Origin: an uncultured Polyangiaceae bacterium | GTDB lineage: Bacteria > Myxococcota_A > Polyangia > Polyangiales > Polyangiaceae | Direction: 5' to 3' | Assembly (NCBI GenBank): GCA_964415255.1 | Contig: CAYQAC010000023.1 | Coordinates: 18,430-47,004 of the forward strand | DNA: 28,575 nucleotides | Shown here: positions 9,128 through 18,740 of the stretch, piece by piece | Position numbering within the stretch: position 1 is the stretch's first letter | How the letters are laid out: the number at the start of each line of letters is the position of its first letter | Translations under genes and position numbers: made by a program | The notes under the pieces: model-generated | Told to the model about the DNA's origin: nothing | Seen by the model: only the letters and a program-made list of their open reading frames with translations | Database searches by the model: none

Positions 9128-10042
9128 CTAGCGGTAGCTCACCTGGAGCTCGAAGCCGCCCCACTCGTCGTCGTTCGAGGTGTCGAGGAATAGGTAGTAT
9201 ACCTGCCCTTCCGTCGCGTTGAACAGCAGGCTCACGGGGGCGAAGTTAGGGTCCGAGGCGCAGGCGATGGGTGATGGAGCACAGCTGCCCTCCGACACGT
9301 AGACGCTCTTCTCGAACGGGCCGGTCGCGTACAGCAGCACCTCACCGCTCTGTGGTGCGGTGAGCGCGAACACCAGATCCCCACCCCCCTGGGAGCCGCC
9401 GCCGCAACGCGGGTTGTAGTGATCGCGAGCGGAGCCGTTCGAACCCTTGATGGTCCAGCACTCGGTGCCGCTGGGTAAGGCCTGGCCGCTGCACGTGTCG
9501 GCGGTGGACGTCGACGTCACCGTCAGGCAGCCGCCCGAACCACCTCCCGAGCCCCCGGAGCCTGAGCTCCCGCCCGAGCCGCCGGTTGCGCCGCTGCCGC
9601 CGGTCGCGCCGCTGCCACCTGAGCCGCTAGTGGCGCCGCTGCCGCCGGTTGCGCCGCTGCCACCGGTTGCGCCGGTTGCGCCGCTGCCGCCAGTGGCACC
9701 GCTGCCGCCAGTTGCGCCACTGCCGCCCGCCGCGCCACTGCCGCCCGAGCCGCCGGCGCCGCTGCCCCCAGCGCCCGCTCCACCTGAACCCCCCGCGGCG
9801 CTGCCGCCCACGCCGCCCGTGCCAGCAAAGCTGCCGCCCGCGCCGCCTGCGCCACCGCTCGCGGCTGCGCCGCCCGCGCCACCGCTATTCCCTGCGGCAC
9901 CGCCGTCGCCGCCGCTCGCCCCCGAGGCGTCAGGGCTCAGCGGGATCTCACCGAAGCCCACGTCCGTCGCGCAGCCCACTCCAGCCCAGGGGAGCAGCAG
10001 CGAGATGACGGTCAGGGCGTGACGGGTGACGTGAGGGCGCAC
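9128..10042 (-). CDS. Lipoprotein with a long Gly/Ser/Ala/Thr-rich repeat linker and a Cys-containing beta-rich C-terminal domain (pre-peptidase-C-terminal-like; function unknown)
   Basis: GTG start. The signal peptide plus lipobox is ...LLLPWAGVGC. About 140 aa of GGSGAT-type repeats follow. The folded-looking tail is CLTVTST...GQVYYLFLDTSNDDEWGGFELQVSYR. The Pro-rich antisense ORF 9447..10022 lacks any start context or domain outside the repeat. Confidence 0.75.
   Translation of the reverse strand: MRPHVTRHALTVISLLLPWAGVGCATDVGFGEIPLSPDASGASGGDGGAAGNSGGAGGAAASGGAGGAGGSFAGTGGVGGSAAGGSGGAGAGGSGAGGSGGSGAAGGSGATGGSGATGGSGATGATGGSGATGGSGATSGSGGSGATGGSGATGGSGGSSGSGGSGGGSGGCLTVTSTSTADTCSGQALPSGTECWTIKGSNGSARDHYNPRCGGGSQGGGDLVFALTAPQSGEVLLYATGPFEKSVYVSEGSCAPSPIACASDPNFAPVSLLFNATEGQVYYLFLDTSNDDEWGGFELQVSYR
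9540..9900 (-). repeat. In-frame coding tandem repeats (18-bp GGTTGCGCCGCTGCCGCC-type units on the + strand, encoding GGSGAT on the - strand)
   Basis: Visible runs ccggttgcgccgctgccgcc / ggtcgcgccgctgccacc / agtggcaccgctgccgcc / agttgcgccactgccgcc. They lie within CDS 9128..10042. Confidence 0.8.
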
Positions 10043-10219
10043 CGGCTCAGCCTATCTGAAGTGCGGCGCGGGCGCCATGCGCCCCCGAGAGGGGGCTTCA
10101 TGGCTCCCGAAGCGCCGCGGTGACCGTCGACGATGCCAGTAGGACTCAGGCCGCCTTTGCGCCTTCAAACACGACTCACGGCGACCGACTCCGCACCCGC
10201 CAGCTCGCCGCGCCAGGGC

Positions 10220-10648
10220 TCACTCGTCGGAGACGCGCTGGGTGAAGACGACGGTCGTGGGGCTGGCGGCGGAGTCGCCGCCCTCCACGCTCACGGCCAA
10301 ATCGAACTTCAGCTCGGGGACGGAGAAGTCCTTGAGCGTCCCCTTGCGGCTGCTCTCGTCGTAGTCGAGGTTGCCGAGGCGGCTCCACTGGGAGGCGTCG
10401 TTCTTGCGGAACCACACCACGAAGCCGGTGCCCTTCGGATCGAGGTCGGCGGGGGGCTGGAGGAACTCGACCTCAATGGTCAGGCGGGTGGTCTTGGTGT
10501 CCTCCTGGGTCTTGCCCTCAATGCGCGCGATGGCGCCGGTGGCGGGCGGCTTGCCCTTCGCCTCATAGGAGAGCCCACCGCAGCCAGCGGCGAAGGTGGC
10601 GACCGAGAGGATGACGGCGACGGAGGTTTTACGAAGCAGGTTCAGCAT
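10220..10648 (-). CDS. Small lipoprotein of unknown function
   Basis: The internal ATG at 10648 gives MLNLLRKTSVAVILSVATFAAGCGG (signal peptide plus lipobox), with GGAG 11 nt upstream. The 76-codon extension to 10876 is Arg/Ala-rich junk. The rest of the protein has balanced, beta-rich composition. Confidence 0.7.
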   Translation of the reverse strand: MLNLLRKTSVAVILSVATFAAGCGGLSYEAKGKPPATGAIARIEGKTQEDTKTTRLTIEVEFLQPPADLDPKGTGFVVWFRKNDASQWSRLGNLDYDESSRKGTLKDFSVPELKFDLAVSVEGGDSAASPTTVVFTQRVSDE

Positions 10649-11099
10649 GATGGCTTGGACTCCAAGGTTCTGTAGGGGAGCGGCCGGAGGGAGACACAGG
10701 GCAGGCGCTGGGTTCAGCAGGGTGCCCTCGGCTCGCTTGGCTCGCGGCCGCTCGAAGCGTGGGGAGTTAGTTATGGATGTGGTGGCGCCCGCGACTTCGC
10801 TGAGCGCCGCCCGCCGGCACTGCAAGAAGCGGCCCCAACGGCCGCGCGGCGCCCTGCTGGCCACAGCCCCAGCCAATTTTTAGGCGAATTAGCCGCTGAT
10901 GACGGCGCTCACCAGGCTCAGGGGTCCCCACGTGGAGGAGACGAGCGACAGCGCCTGTCGTCTCGAAACCTCAGGCTGCGCCGCGAGCGCTCATCAGCGT
11001 TGCCACCCTGGTGAAACCGGCTAGGTAGTAGGGGCGTCGCCGTGCGAAGCCATCGCGTAGGCTTGCCAACCCCCATCCACGGCGCACATTCGCAACCTC

Positions 11100-13028
11100 A
11101 TGTCCCAACCCCAGACACAGCCCCGCCCCAGCGTCCCCGGAGGGCCACCCGCGCCGCCAGGCGCTCCTCAGAAGCCACAGCCCTGGGGCTTGATGGTGCT
11201 GCTCACCGTTTTGTTCGCGGTGTTCTGGGGTTACAACAACCTCTCCAACATGGGCAGCAAGGGGGCCGCCATCCCCTACACGCAGTTCTATGAGCAGCTG
11301 ACCCAGGGCAAGGTGGAGCAGGTCACCCTCCAGGGGGAGCGCGTGAAGGGCCGCTTCCGGGCTGGCGCTGATGGGGAGTCGGGGAAGGTGTTCACCACCA
11401 CCCTGCCCACCCAGGAAGATCAGGAGCTGCTGCCGGAGCTGCGGCGTCAGAAGGTGGAGGTGGAGGTGGTCTCCGCCGACCCGAACATGCTGATGCAGCT
11501 CGTGCTGCAGCTGCTCCCCATCGCCGTCATCATCGGGATCTTCGTGTGGATGGGGCGCCGCACCTCGCGCATGTTGTCGCAGGGCGGGCCGTTCGGTGGC
11601 CTCGTGAAGGGGCGCAGTAAGCGTTTCAATCAGGAAACAGACGTCAAGATCACGTTCGCTGACGTGGCGGGCGCCACCGGCGCCAAGACCGATCTGCAAG
11701 AGGTCGTCTCCTTCCTCAAGGAGCCGGAGCGCTACCAGCGCTTGGGCGGCAAGATCCCGCGCGGCGTGCTCCTGGTGGGGCCGCCGGGCACCGGCAAGAC
11801 GCTGATCGCGCGCGCGGTCGCGGGGGAGGCCGGGGTGCCCTTCTTCTCGATCAACGGCTCGGAGTTCGTCGAGATGTTCGTCGGCGTCGGCGCGGCGCGC
11901 GTGCGCGAGCTGTTTGAGGAGGCGAGGAAGGTCGCCCCGGCGATCGTGTTCATCGACGAGATCGACGCGGTGGGCCGCGCGCGCGGCGCGGGGCTCGGGG
12001 GTGGTCACGATGAGCGCGAGCAGACGCTGAACCAGATGCTGAGCGAGATGGACGGCTTCTCGCGCAACGATCTCACGATCGTGATCGCGGCGACCAACCG
12101 GCCTGACGTCTTAGATCCCGCGCTGTTGCGCCCGGGGCGCTTCGATCGGCGCGTGGTGGTGGATCGCCCAGAGCTCCGCGCGCGCGCCGCCATCCTGGGG
12201 GTGCACACTCGCACCAAGCCGCTGGGGAGCGACGTGGACCTCAACGTGGTGGCGCGCAATACGCCGGGCTTCTCCGGGGCGGATCTCGCGAACCTGTGCA
12301 ACGAGGCCGCCCTGATGGCCGCCCGCCGTGGTGGCAGCGACCTCACCATGGACGACTTCAACCAGGCCTTCGATAAGATCATCCTCGGTAACCCGAGCGA
12401 GGCCGTCTTGCTCCCTGACGAGAAGCGCCGGGTGGCGATCCACGAGTCAGGGCACGCGCTGGTGGCGCACCTCAGCCGCGGCGCAGACGCCGTGCATCGC
12501 GTGACCATCATCCCGCGCGGCATGGCGCTCGGCGTCACCCAGAGCTCGCCGATGCCTGACCGCCACCTGATGCTGCGCTCCGAGCTGATCGCCCGGTTGC
12601 GGGTGATGCTGGGCGGCTACGCGGCTGAGCGCGTGGTGCTCCACGAAGGATCGAGCGGCGCCTCCAACGACCTCCAGAAGGCGACGGACACCGCCTACCG
12701 CATGGTGGCAAACTACGGGATGAGCGAGGCGGTGGGCCCCGTGTACCACGACCACAAGAGCGAGCATCCCTTCCTGGGGCAGCGCATGGCCACGGAGCGC
12801 GGCACCAGCGACGCCACGGTGCACCTGATCGAGCAGGAGATCCGCGAGCTCATCAGCGGGGCGGAGCGCGAGGCGGAGGCGCTCGTGCGCGAGAATCGAG
12901 AGGGGTTCGACGCCCTGGTAGACGCGCTGCTCGACCACGAGACGGTGGAGCGCGCCGAGCTGATCGAGCTGCTCGGCCCCGGCCTCTCAGCGGTGCCGCT
13001 CGACGAGCAGTCGCAAGCGGTGCACTGA
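11100..13028 (+). CDS. ftsH: ATP-dependent zinc metalloprotease FtsH
   Basis: 642 aa. There are two TM segments. Walker A is GPPGTGKT, Walker B is IVFIDEIDA, the SRH region is [19 protein letters not shown], and the zinc site is HESGHA (HEXXH). Confidence 0.95.
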   Translation: MSQPQTQPRPSVPGGPPAPPGAPQKPQPWGLMVLLTVLFAVFWGYNNLSNMGSKGAAIPYTQFYEQLTQGKVEQVTLQGERVKGRFRAGADGESGKVFTTTLPTQEDQELLPELRRQKVEVEVVSADPNMLMQLVLQLLPIAVIIGIFVWMGRRTSRMLSQGGPFGGLVKGRSKRFNQETDVKITFADVAGATGAKTDLQEVVSFLKEPERYQRLGGKIPRGVLLVGPPGTGKTLIARAVAGEAGVPFFSINGSEFVEMFVGVGAARVRELFEEARKVAPAIVFIDEIDAVGRARGAGLGGGHDEREQTLNQMLSEMDGFSRNDLTIVIAATNRPDVLDPALLRPGRFDRRVVVDRPELRARAAILGVHTRTKPLGSDVDLNVVARNTPGFSGADLANLCNEAALMAARRGGSDLTMDDFNQAFDKIILGNPSEAVLLPDEKRRVAIHESGHALVAHLSRGADAVHRVTIIPRGMALGVTQSSPMPDRHLMLRSELIARLRVMLGGYAAERVVLHEGSSGASNDLQKATDTAYRMVANYGMSEAVGPVYHDHKSEHPFLGQRMATERGTSDATVHLIEQEIRELISGAEREAEALVRENREGFDALVDALLDHETVERAELIELLGPGLSAVPLDEQSQAVH

Positions 13029-13052
13029 GCGCTTCGCCGCGCTGCGAGCCGA

Positions 13053-13072
13053 GGGCGCAGCATGCTGCGCCC
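13053..13072 (+). terminator. Perfect 20-nt palindrome GGGCGCAGCATGCTGCGCCC, 25 nt after the ftsH stop; possible U-tract-less terminator hairpin
   Basis: Read from the sequence. No T-run follows, so its function as a terminator is inferred from position only. Confidence 0.35.
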
Positions 13073-13247
13073 CTACCGTGCCGACCCTCGCGGTGCGTGG
13101 TCTAGGTCAGTTTAGCTCACTTCGGGGCAGCCGTCCGTGTTACTGACTAGTGACCGGAGGTCGCGGTAGTCGCGTGGCTTCCGTGGAGCGTCCGCTTGGC
13201 GACTCTCGTCCAACCCCCCCCCAAAAAAACGTGAGTTGTCTGCGGTG

Positions 13248-13382
13248 ACCGTCTGCGTGGCTGAGTAGCGTCTACTTGGCGGGCTATCGTCTGCCTGGCT
13301 GACTAGCGTTTAGCTGACTACTGTCTGCGTAGCTGACTAGCGTTTGGCGAGCTGACTACTGTCTGTCTGGCTGACTAGCTCC
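13248..13382. repeat. About 3.5 degenerate tandem copies of a 35-38 bp unit rich in CTGACTAG/CTGACTAC (GTCTGCGTRGCTGACTAGCGTTTRGCGAGCTGACTACT)
   Basis: Read directly: ...gtctgcgtggctgagtagcgtctacttggcgggctatc gtctgcctggctgactagcgtttagctgactact gtctgcgtagctgactagcgtttggcgagctgactact gtctgtctggctgactagct. The array overlaps the stop codon and last codons of CDS 13337..14578. Confidence 0.8.
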
Positions 13383-14578
13383 CAGAAGCTGCGGTAGCCC
13401 CGCGCGCTTTGGTGCGCGTGGAAGGCGCTGAAGGGTTGGAGCAGCGTCGCGGTGCGGTGCCCAGGTAGCTGCGCTGGGTGGCGCCGGCCCTGGTCCAGGT
13501 AGGCGCGGATGAAGGTGGTGTCAGGCTCCGTCGGCAGCGCCTTCAGGTTGGCCACCCAGCGCGCCCAGGTGACGGGCTCCGTGAGGTACTGCTCCACGTT
13601 CGAGGTGTAGAACACCCGCACGGTCAGCGCGTCTTGGGTGAGCTCGGCGCCAATCTTCGCCAGCGCGTGCTCACCAGCGAAGTCTCCGACCACGGGGATG
13701 ATCTGGTGACGCTCCTGGAGCGACTTCACGAACGCGTAGTCCTCAGGCGTCATAAGGAAGCTCCCGTGCCCCGCGTGCTCTGCCAACAGCAGCTGCTGGA
13801 GGCTCGGGTAGCTGCGGCCGTTCTCCTGATGTAGCGAGAAGCGCAGCTCCATCTGGGCGTCGATGAAGGCCTGGTGGGTGCTCTTCAAGGTCTCTCGGTC
13901 AGCTTCACTGAGCTTCACCCCCAGGGCCTCAATGTGCCGCACCAAGCGCGCGTGGACGCGCGCCGCCTCGTCGGGCGTAGGTGCCCCCTCTGGCAAGCGC
14001 GCGAGCACCTGTGAGAGCCCCTCAGGGCGCTCGGCGCTCGTCGCCTCGAGCTCGCCGTCGTGCCCCAGCAGGCGCGCCAAGAAGGTCAGCCTGCCTGGCG
14101 ATTCGGCGAAGAGGGCCTTGTAGAGCAGGTGGAGCAGCGCGTTCCCACGTCGAATATCGATGAGGTAGGCGCGCTCAGGTCGCGCTTTGGCGATGTAGCT
14201 GAAGTTCTGCTCCGGCCCCACCCCGAGGTAGGCGCCGCCGGGGCGCCGCTCGGCGAGCTGTTTTGCGACCTGGAGGTAGGACGTCTCGTTGGAGACGTAG
14301 TTGTCGCTGAAGAAGTAACGATCGGGCTCAGACAGCTGCGCGAACTTGGCGCTGAAGAGCGCGGCCTGCTCAGCTGCTTGCTGGGCGGCTCGGTCAGCCT
14401 CGCTCGGGGCGGACGGGCCTGCTATCGTCAGGGAGGCTGTCTGTGAGGCGGCCGGCGCGCTCGCGCTAGGCTCCTGCGTCGCTCCGGCGGCGCCCACCGA
14501 CCAGGGGCGTGGGCCTCCTGAGCAGCTGGTGAGCGCCAGGGCGGCGAGCGACGCGGTCAGGAGCGCTGCGCGCTTCAT
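13337..14578 (-). CDS. Conserved-looking lipoprotein of unknown function
   Basis: The ATG at 14578 gives MKRAALLTASLAALALTSCSGG (signal peptide plus lipobox). The body contains well-composed blocks (YLGVGPEQNFSYIA, YLIDIRRGNALLHLLYKALF, IIPVVGDFAG) that I cannot assign to a named family. The 178-codon upstream extension of the track ORF (to 15112) is Arg/Pro/Ser-rich and overlaps the divergent gene. Confidence 0.75.
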   Translation of the reverse strand: MKRAALLTASLAALALTSCSGGPRPWSVGAAGATQEPSASAPAASQTASLTIAGPSAPSEADRAAQQAAEQAALFSAKFAQLSEPDRYFFSDNYVSNETSYLQVAKQLAERRPGGAYLGVGPEQNFSYIAKARPERAYLIDIRRGNALLHLLYKALFAESPGRLTFLARLLGHDGELEATSAERPEGLSQVLARLPEGAPTPDEAARVHARLVRHIEALGVKLSEADRETLKSTHQAFIDAQMELRFSLHQENGRSYPSLQQLLLAEHAGHGSFLMTPEDYAFVKSLQERHQIIPVVGDFAGEHALAKIGAELTQDALTVRVFYTSNVEQYLTEPVTWARWVANLKALPTEPDTTFIRAYLDQGRRHPAQLPGHRTATLLQPFSAFHAHQSARGYRSFWELVSQTDSSQLAKR

Positions 14579-14905
14579 GAGCCAGCGACTCGAGCGGGGG
14601 GCTGAGGGCTGTTTTGGGGGCGCGCCGCGCGAGGTGGAGCCGCGACGTGGGAGGGCGAGCGGGGAGCGGCTCGTCACAGGGAGCAGGCAGGGAGGCCAGG
14701 GCGAGGGGGTTTGGGGGTTGGTCACGATGGTGTGCTTCGAACGCCGCTGCCTAGCGCTTGGATTCCCTGCGCGTGAGCGCCGGTGTGCGTGAGCGCGCCA
14801 CGCGGCGGACATGCTAGGCTTGAGCGGCGCTGAACGCGAAGCGGGCTCACGGGGCGCCGCCAGACACCCGACAGCGCAGCCGGCAGGAACTGCACGTCGA
14901 GCCCC

Positions 14906-16198
14906 GTGTCGAAGCTCCTCATGCCCCGCGACCCAACGTCCGAGCACCCAGGCGCTCCTCATCAGGATCAGCCTGTGGCTGAAGGGGGAGCGCCGGAGCT
15001 CGCCGCGCCTGAATCGGAGGCGCCGGTGGTGCGAGCGAGCCGCGTGGCCGCGCTCGGGCGCTCGCGCTGGGACCAGCTGGTCGGTGCGCTGGTCGCCTCC
15101 GTGGCGCTCCACGCCTTGGTGGTGGCGCCGGTGGTGCTCTTGGTGGCGCCCTCAGGGGCTGAAGCCCCGCCGCCGCCTGACGTGTGGGCGGGAGCGACCC
15201 TGGACGTCGCGCTCGCGGAGCTGGCGGGGCCTGAGGAGCTAGCGGGCGCCGAGCCTCCCGGGCTCGCCGCCGCACAGCCGGACGCGCCGCCACCCGCTGA
15301 GCCTGTCGCCGCTCCGCAGCCAGTGGCCTTGGCGGCGCCGCCAAAGGCGCCAGAGGCGCCAGAGGCGCCCACCGCTGAGCCGGCATCGCCGAGCGTCGCG
15401 CCCGCGCCGCTCGCTTTACCGCCGCCGGTCGCCTTTCCCAGCCCCCTTGAACCCAGCGAGCCGACGCGGCCGCGCCGCGAGCACGCCAAGGGCCCCCCGG
15501 ATCGCTCCGGGCGAAGCGGGCGGACCCCTCGGCGCCGCGCTGAGCGGCGCGCGTGGCGGCGAGACGAAGAACAGCGTGAGGCGCGGCGAGGTGAGCGGCG
15601 AGATGAGGCGCGGCGAGCAGCGCGTGGTGGGCGCGGTGGGCCCCCTGCGTCGGCGCCGAGCGCCTCGGGAGCGCCCCCTGGTTCGTCCGTCGGGGAGGCC
15701 GCTGGCGCGGCTCCGGACACACCGGGCGCGGCCGGGCTACCGCGCGGCGTCCGTCAGCTGCCCACCGCGCTCACTCGGGTGCTCCCGCGCGTCGCGGTAG
15801 GTGACGCGCGCTTCACCGAGCATGCACCTGGTTTCCTTGGGGAAATTAAGTTCACGATCGCCGTGAGCAGCGCCGGGGCCATCACCGAGGTGACGTTCGC
15901 GCCCGACAGCGATCCGCTGCTTCAAGGCTTGGTGGAGCGCGCCGTGCGCTTCTTGGGAAAGGGTCAGTTCGCGTTGCGTGACTCGGCTGAGGAGCTGGGA
16001 GGCGTGCAGCAGGTGATCTTGAAGGTGACGCTCAGTCAGGGCGCGCCCGATGAAGACACGGACGATCCGTCAGCGACCCGGTCTATCGGCTTCGATCCAC
16101 CGAAGCCAACCAGCGACGGCGCGCGTCGCGGCGTTGGTTACTTCGAGCTTCAAGGCGGGCTGCGCTTGGAGCTCGCCACCCATTTCGCGAGGGACTGA
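14906..16198 (+). CDS. TonB-like / proline-rich membrane-anchored protein
   Basis: The architecture is an N-terminal single TM (LVGALVASVALHALVVAPVVLLVA), a long Pro/Ala/Glu-rich spacer, an Arg/Glu-rich segment, and a C-terminal ~110-aa mixed alpha/beta domain (GEIKFTIAVSSAGAITEVTFAPDSDPLLQGLVERAVRFL) resembling a TonB C-terminal fold. The start codon is uncertain. The antisense ORFs 14919..15722 and 14968..15720 are low-complexity shadows. Confidence 0.6.
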   Translation: MSKLLMPRDPTSEHPGAPHQDQPVAEGGAPELAAPESEAPVVRASRVAALGRSRWDQLVGALVASVALHALVVAPVVLLVAPSGAEAPPPPDVWAGATLDVALAELAGPEELAGAEPPGLAAAQPDAPPPAEPVAAPQPVALAAPPKAPEAPEAPTAEPASPSVAPAPLALPPPVAFPSPLEPSEPTRPRREHAKGPPDRSGRSGRTPRRRAERRAWRRDEEQREARRGERRDEARRAARGGRGGPPASAPSASGAPPGSSVGEAAGAAPDTPGAAGLPRGVRQLPTALTRVLPRVAVGDARFTEHAPGFLGEIKFTIAVSSAGAITEVTFAPDSDPLLQGLVERAVRFLGKGQFALRDSAEELGGVQQVILKVTLSQGAPDEDTDDPSATRSIGFDPPKPTSDGARRGVGYFELQGGLRLELATHFARD

Positions 16199-16364
16199 GC
16201 GCCTGACGAAGGGGAGCGAGCGCAGGGCCAAGCGCTCTGGAGCGAGCTGTTGAGGCGCGGTTCGCGAAGGAGTGAGCGTGGCGCATGGTCGCGGTGAGCG
16301 GCCGCGCGTCACCTCTGGGTGCTAACTAGAGCGCATCCAGGAGCGTGAGAGGGGATATGAGCGC

Positions 16365-16612
16365 TGTGGATAACTTGGGGCAGCTTGTGGATAAGCTGCG
16401 ACTAGCGTTGGGGTTGAGGTCTTGTCCGTCGCCTCGGGCGAGCTGAGGTGCGCGCCCTCGTGATGCTGGATAGCCAATAAAATACGCGCGATCGGCGGCG
16501 CTTGGGGCGGCGTCTTCATGTGCGTCGCCTTCATGCGCGGCAGCGCGTCGTAGCGCTGGCGCCGGCAGAATATCCATATGGATAGTGGTAGCTGTGGATA
16601 ACTCATGGATAA
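16365..16612 (+). promoter_or_regulatory. DnaA-box cluster: three perfect TGTGGATAA (= TTATCCACA) 9-mers plus at least three 2-mismatch boxes
   Basis: The perfect boxes are at 16365-16373, 16386-16394 and 16593-16601, all in the same orientation. The degenerate boxes are ATATCCATA at 16570-16578 (opposite orientation), TATGGATAG at 16577-16585 and CATGGATAA at 16604-16612. An AT-rich patch (TCGATTCATGATTTTTGAG) follows immediately at 16622-16640. I saw no perfect box anywhere else in the window. Confidence 0.65.
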
Positions 16613-16641
16613 CTTCTGCTGTCGATTCATGATTTTTGAGC

Positions 16642-16670
16642 TTGCGTAAGTGGCAAGTTGGAGGCATAAA
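16642..16670 (+). promoter_or_regulatory. Possible sigma70-type promoter TTGCGT-N17-CATAAA pointing into the ORF-free region
   Basis: The -35-like TTGCGT is at 16642-16647, followed by an exact 17-nt spacer and the -10-like CATAAA at 16665-16670. This is a pattern match only, and consensus rules for this phylum are uncertain. Confidence 0.25.
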
Positions 16671-18740
16671 CAGGTCTGGAAGTTCGCGGGCCATTCGGGT
16701 CGCGGGCATCTCGAAGGTAGAGGTCATTCGGGGCACCTCGGGCGCAGCTTGCTGAGCCCGGTCTCCGCGCGGTGGGAGAGCGTTCAAGAGCTCTCATCGG
16801 GTGGGGTCAAACAGGGTGTTGACACCAGGCTTGCCGCGTCAGGCCTGGGTCGAGCCAGCGCGAGCTGGTCCACGGGTGGCCGAAGGGGCTCTGGCCTCTC
16901 CGGGTTCGTCAGCTTTCGCGAGCGGGCGGTTTCGGGTGGGTCTTGACGGGTTCGGTGTCGCTGGGTGTCTCTAACGCACAGCGGCTCGGGTTTCGTGACG
17001 AAGGGGCCTTCGGTGATGGGCGAGTCGGCGGTGTATCCTACCGGGAGCACGCTGGGTCGAACGTCGCCGGCCGCCAACGGGTGCGTGGTCGGTGTCGATG
17101 GGCACTAGGTCAGGCACACTCACTGTTGGTGGCCACGTGCTGCGTCGCAGCGCTGCCGTGCAACTCGTTTGCAAGGTGGCCCACTGAGCGCAGCCAGCCC
17201 GGGCGACCCACCAAGGCATTTGTCGAGGTGGCTAGCGGGGGCTGAGTGGTCTTCGGGTGTTCGTGGCGGTGCTCGTGTCTCCATGACAAGTGGCAAGGTC
17301 CTGTGGGGTGGGCGCACGCTTCAAGCGGCGTCTGCTCACTCAGGGCACAGAGGGTCCCTCGGGGGGCTTCATGGCTGTGGCGGTCACGCGTCGCGGTCTG
17401 GCCTCCCTTCGGCTCTGGGTCCTCCTTGAAGCTCCTCCGCCTGCGAAGGCGGGCGGGGCCGAGGCGTCAAAAAGCGCCTCACGGGGAGTTCAGAGTGACG
17501 GGTGTCGGGTAGAGCGCTGCGTTTCGGCGGAGCGGTGTGCCAGGCGCCTTGGGGCCTCAGAAGCTCGTCGCTTCATCACTGGGTCGCGCCCTTTGGCAAC
17601 TGCCAAGGGTGCTGTGGCCACGGTGGCACCATCAGGGGGAAGATAACGCCCCCAAGTGGAGCAGAGCGGCGGAGGCGGAAGCTGAGCGGCTGGCGTGAAC
17701 CAGCGGCTCAGCCTGCGGCGCGCGGCGCCCCGTGAGGGGTGAGGTGGGTCGTGGGTCACTTGGTCTAGGAGCGCGGGTGCGCGTCTTTGACATGCAGGTT
17801 GCAATGACTGGTCGAACGCATCTTGGGTCGGCTCAGGTCGCTAGCGCGAGCTAGCGGTTGGGTCCGGTCTAGTGTCGAGTGAAGCCGGGTTGAGCGGCGC
17901 GTAGAGAACCTACGCTCCTTTCGTCCTGGTGGGAGAGAGGCATGAATGGGTGCGCTGGGTAGGGGTTGGTTTGAACGCTGACTCCAGGCCTGGGCCTAGG
18001 CTGCTCGCTCGCGAGTGGGCTTAGGTGATTCGACACAGAAATAGGTGCGCTGGAGCGCGCACAGTGGGTCCCTCTAACCCGGGGCTCGCAGGTGGCGCTC
18101 CAACCCGCGGGTTAAGCCTCTGGCTGCCCATCGGTTTGTGACGCGCAGGGCCCAACGGTGCCGTAAGGAACCTGGTGGGAGCGGCGGTCGACGTCTGAAC
18201 AAGGCTCGGTCACCGCGCTGCGATGCGCGAAGGTGTTTCACCCTCGCGTAAGCGTCACACGGCCGAGAGGTCGCTGGAGAGGAGCTCGCACAGCCGGTTA
18301 GAGCCGGTGGTGTGAGCTGCCCGTAGGGTCTAGGTGTTGGGTCGTCTTGGGGTGCGGCTCGAGTAAGTCAGGTTCGGTGACGAACATGGCCTGTTCGGGT
18401 TCGCTGGCGTCGCCGCTGTGCGGCGCTCGTACCAGGGCCCCCGTAGGTGAGCGAGCTGCCGGTAACGGCGGTGCGTCGCCCATGTTCATCTGAGCGCATC
18501 AGCGGAAGGGGTTAGGTGGTGTCAGGCTCCCTCAGCCTTCATCGATGACGCGTAGCGCTCCTAGCAAGGAGCACCCCCACAGCGGGGCTACGCCGAGATC
18601 GGGGCGCAGGGGGTCTGCTGTCCGGTGGCAAGTGCCGCCGGCTTCGGTGACAGCGAGCGGGCTTCGGTCTGCCGCTGCTCCCAGCGGAGTGTTATCGCGC
18701 GGAAATGGTAGCACCCCGCGTCGTGTCAGCTGACTCGGCG

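Noticed and set aside
9447-10022. 191-aa Pro-rich + strand ORF
   Set aside because: It exists only as the mirror of the GGSGAT repeat. The minus-strand ORF extends beyond the repeat on both sides, with a lipoprotein signal and a globular C-terminus.
10971-12008. 345-aa minus-strand ORF, plus other antisense ORFs within 11100-13063
   Set aside because: They are antisense to ftsH, which has unambiguous Walker, SRH and HEXXH motifs. They are shadow ORFs.
14678-14721. G-quadruplex-type run GGG-N-GGG-N-GGGGG-TTT-GGGGG in the divergent promoter
   Set aside because: G4-compatible runs are expected frequently at this GC content. I kept only the specific recurring GGGGTTTGGGGGTTGG motif as a finding.
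14579-15112. 5' extension of the 591-aa track ORF 13337..15112
   Set aside because: The extension is Arg/Pro/Ser-rich and overlaps the divergent TonB-like gene. An internal ATG at 14578 gives a perfect lipoprotein signal peptide.
14919-15722. 267-aa and 250-aa minus-strand ORFs opposite the TonB-like gene
   Set aside because: They are low-complexity Ala/Arg/Pro translations confined to the Pro-rich coding repeat. The + strand ORF alone has a TM anchor and a folded-looking C-terminal domain.
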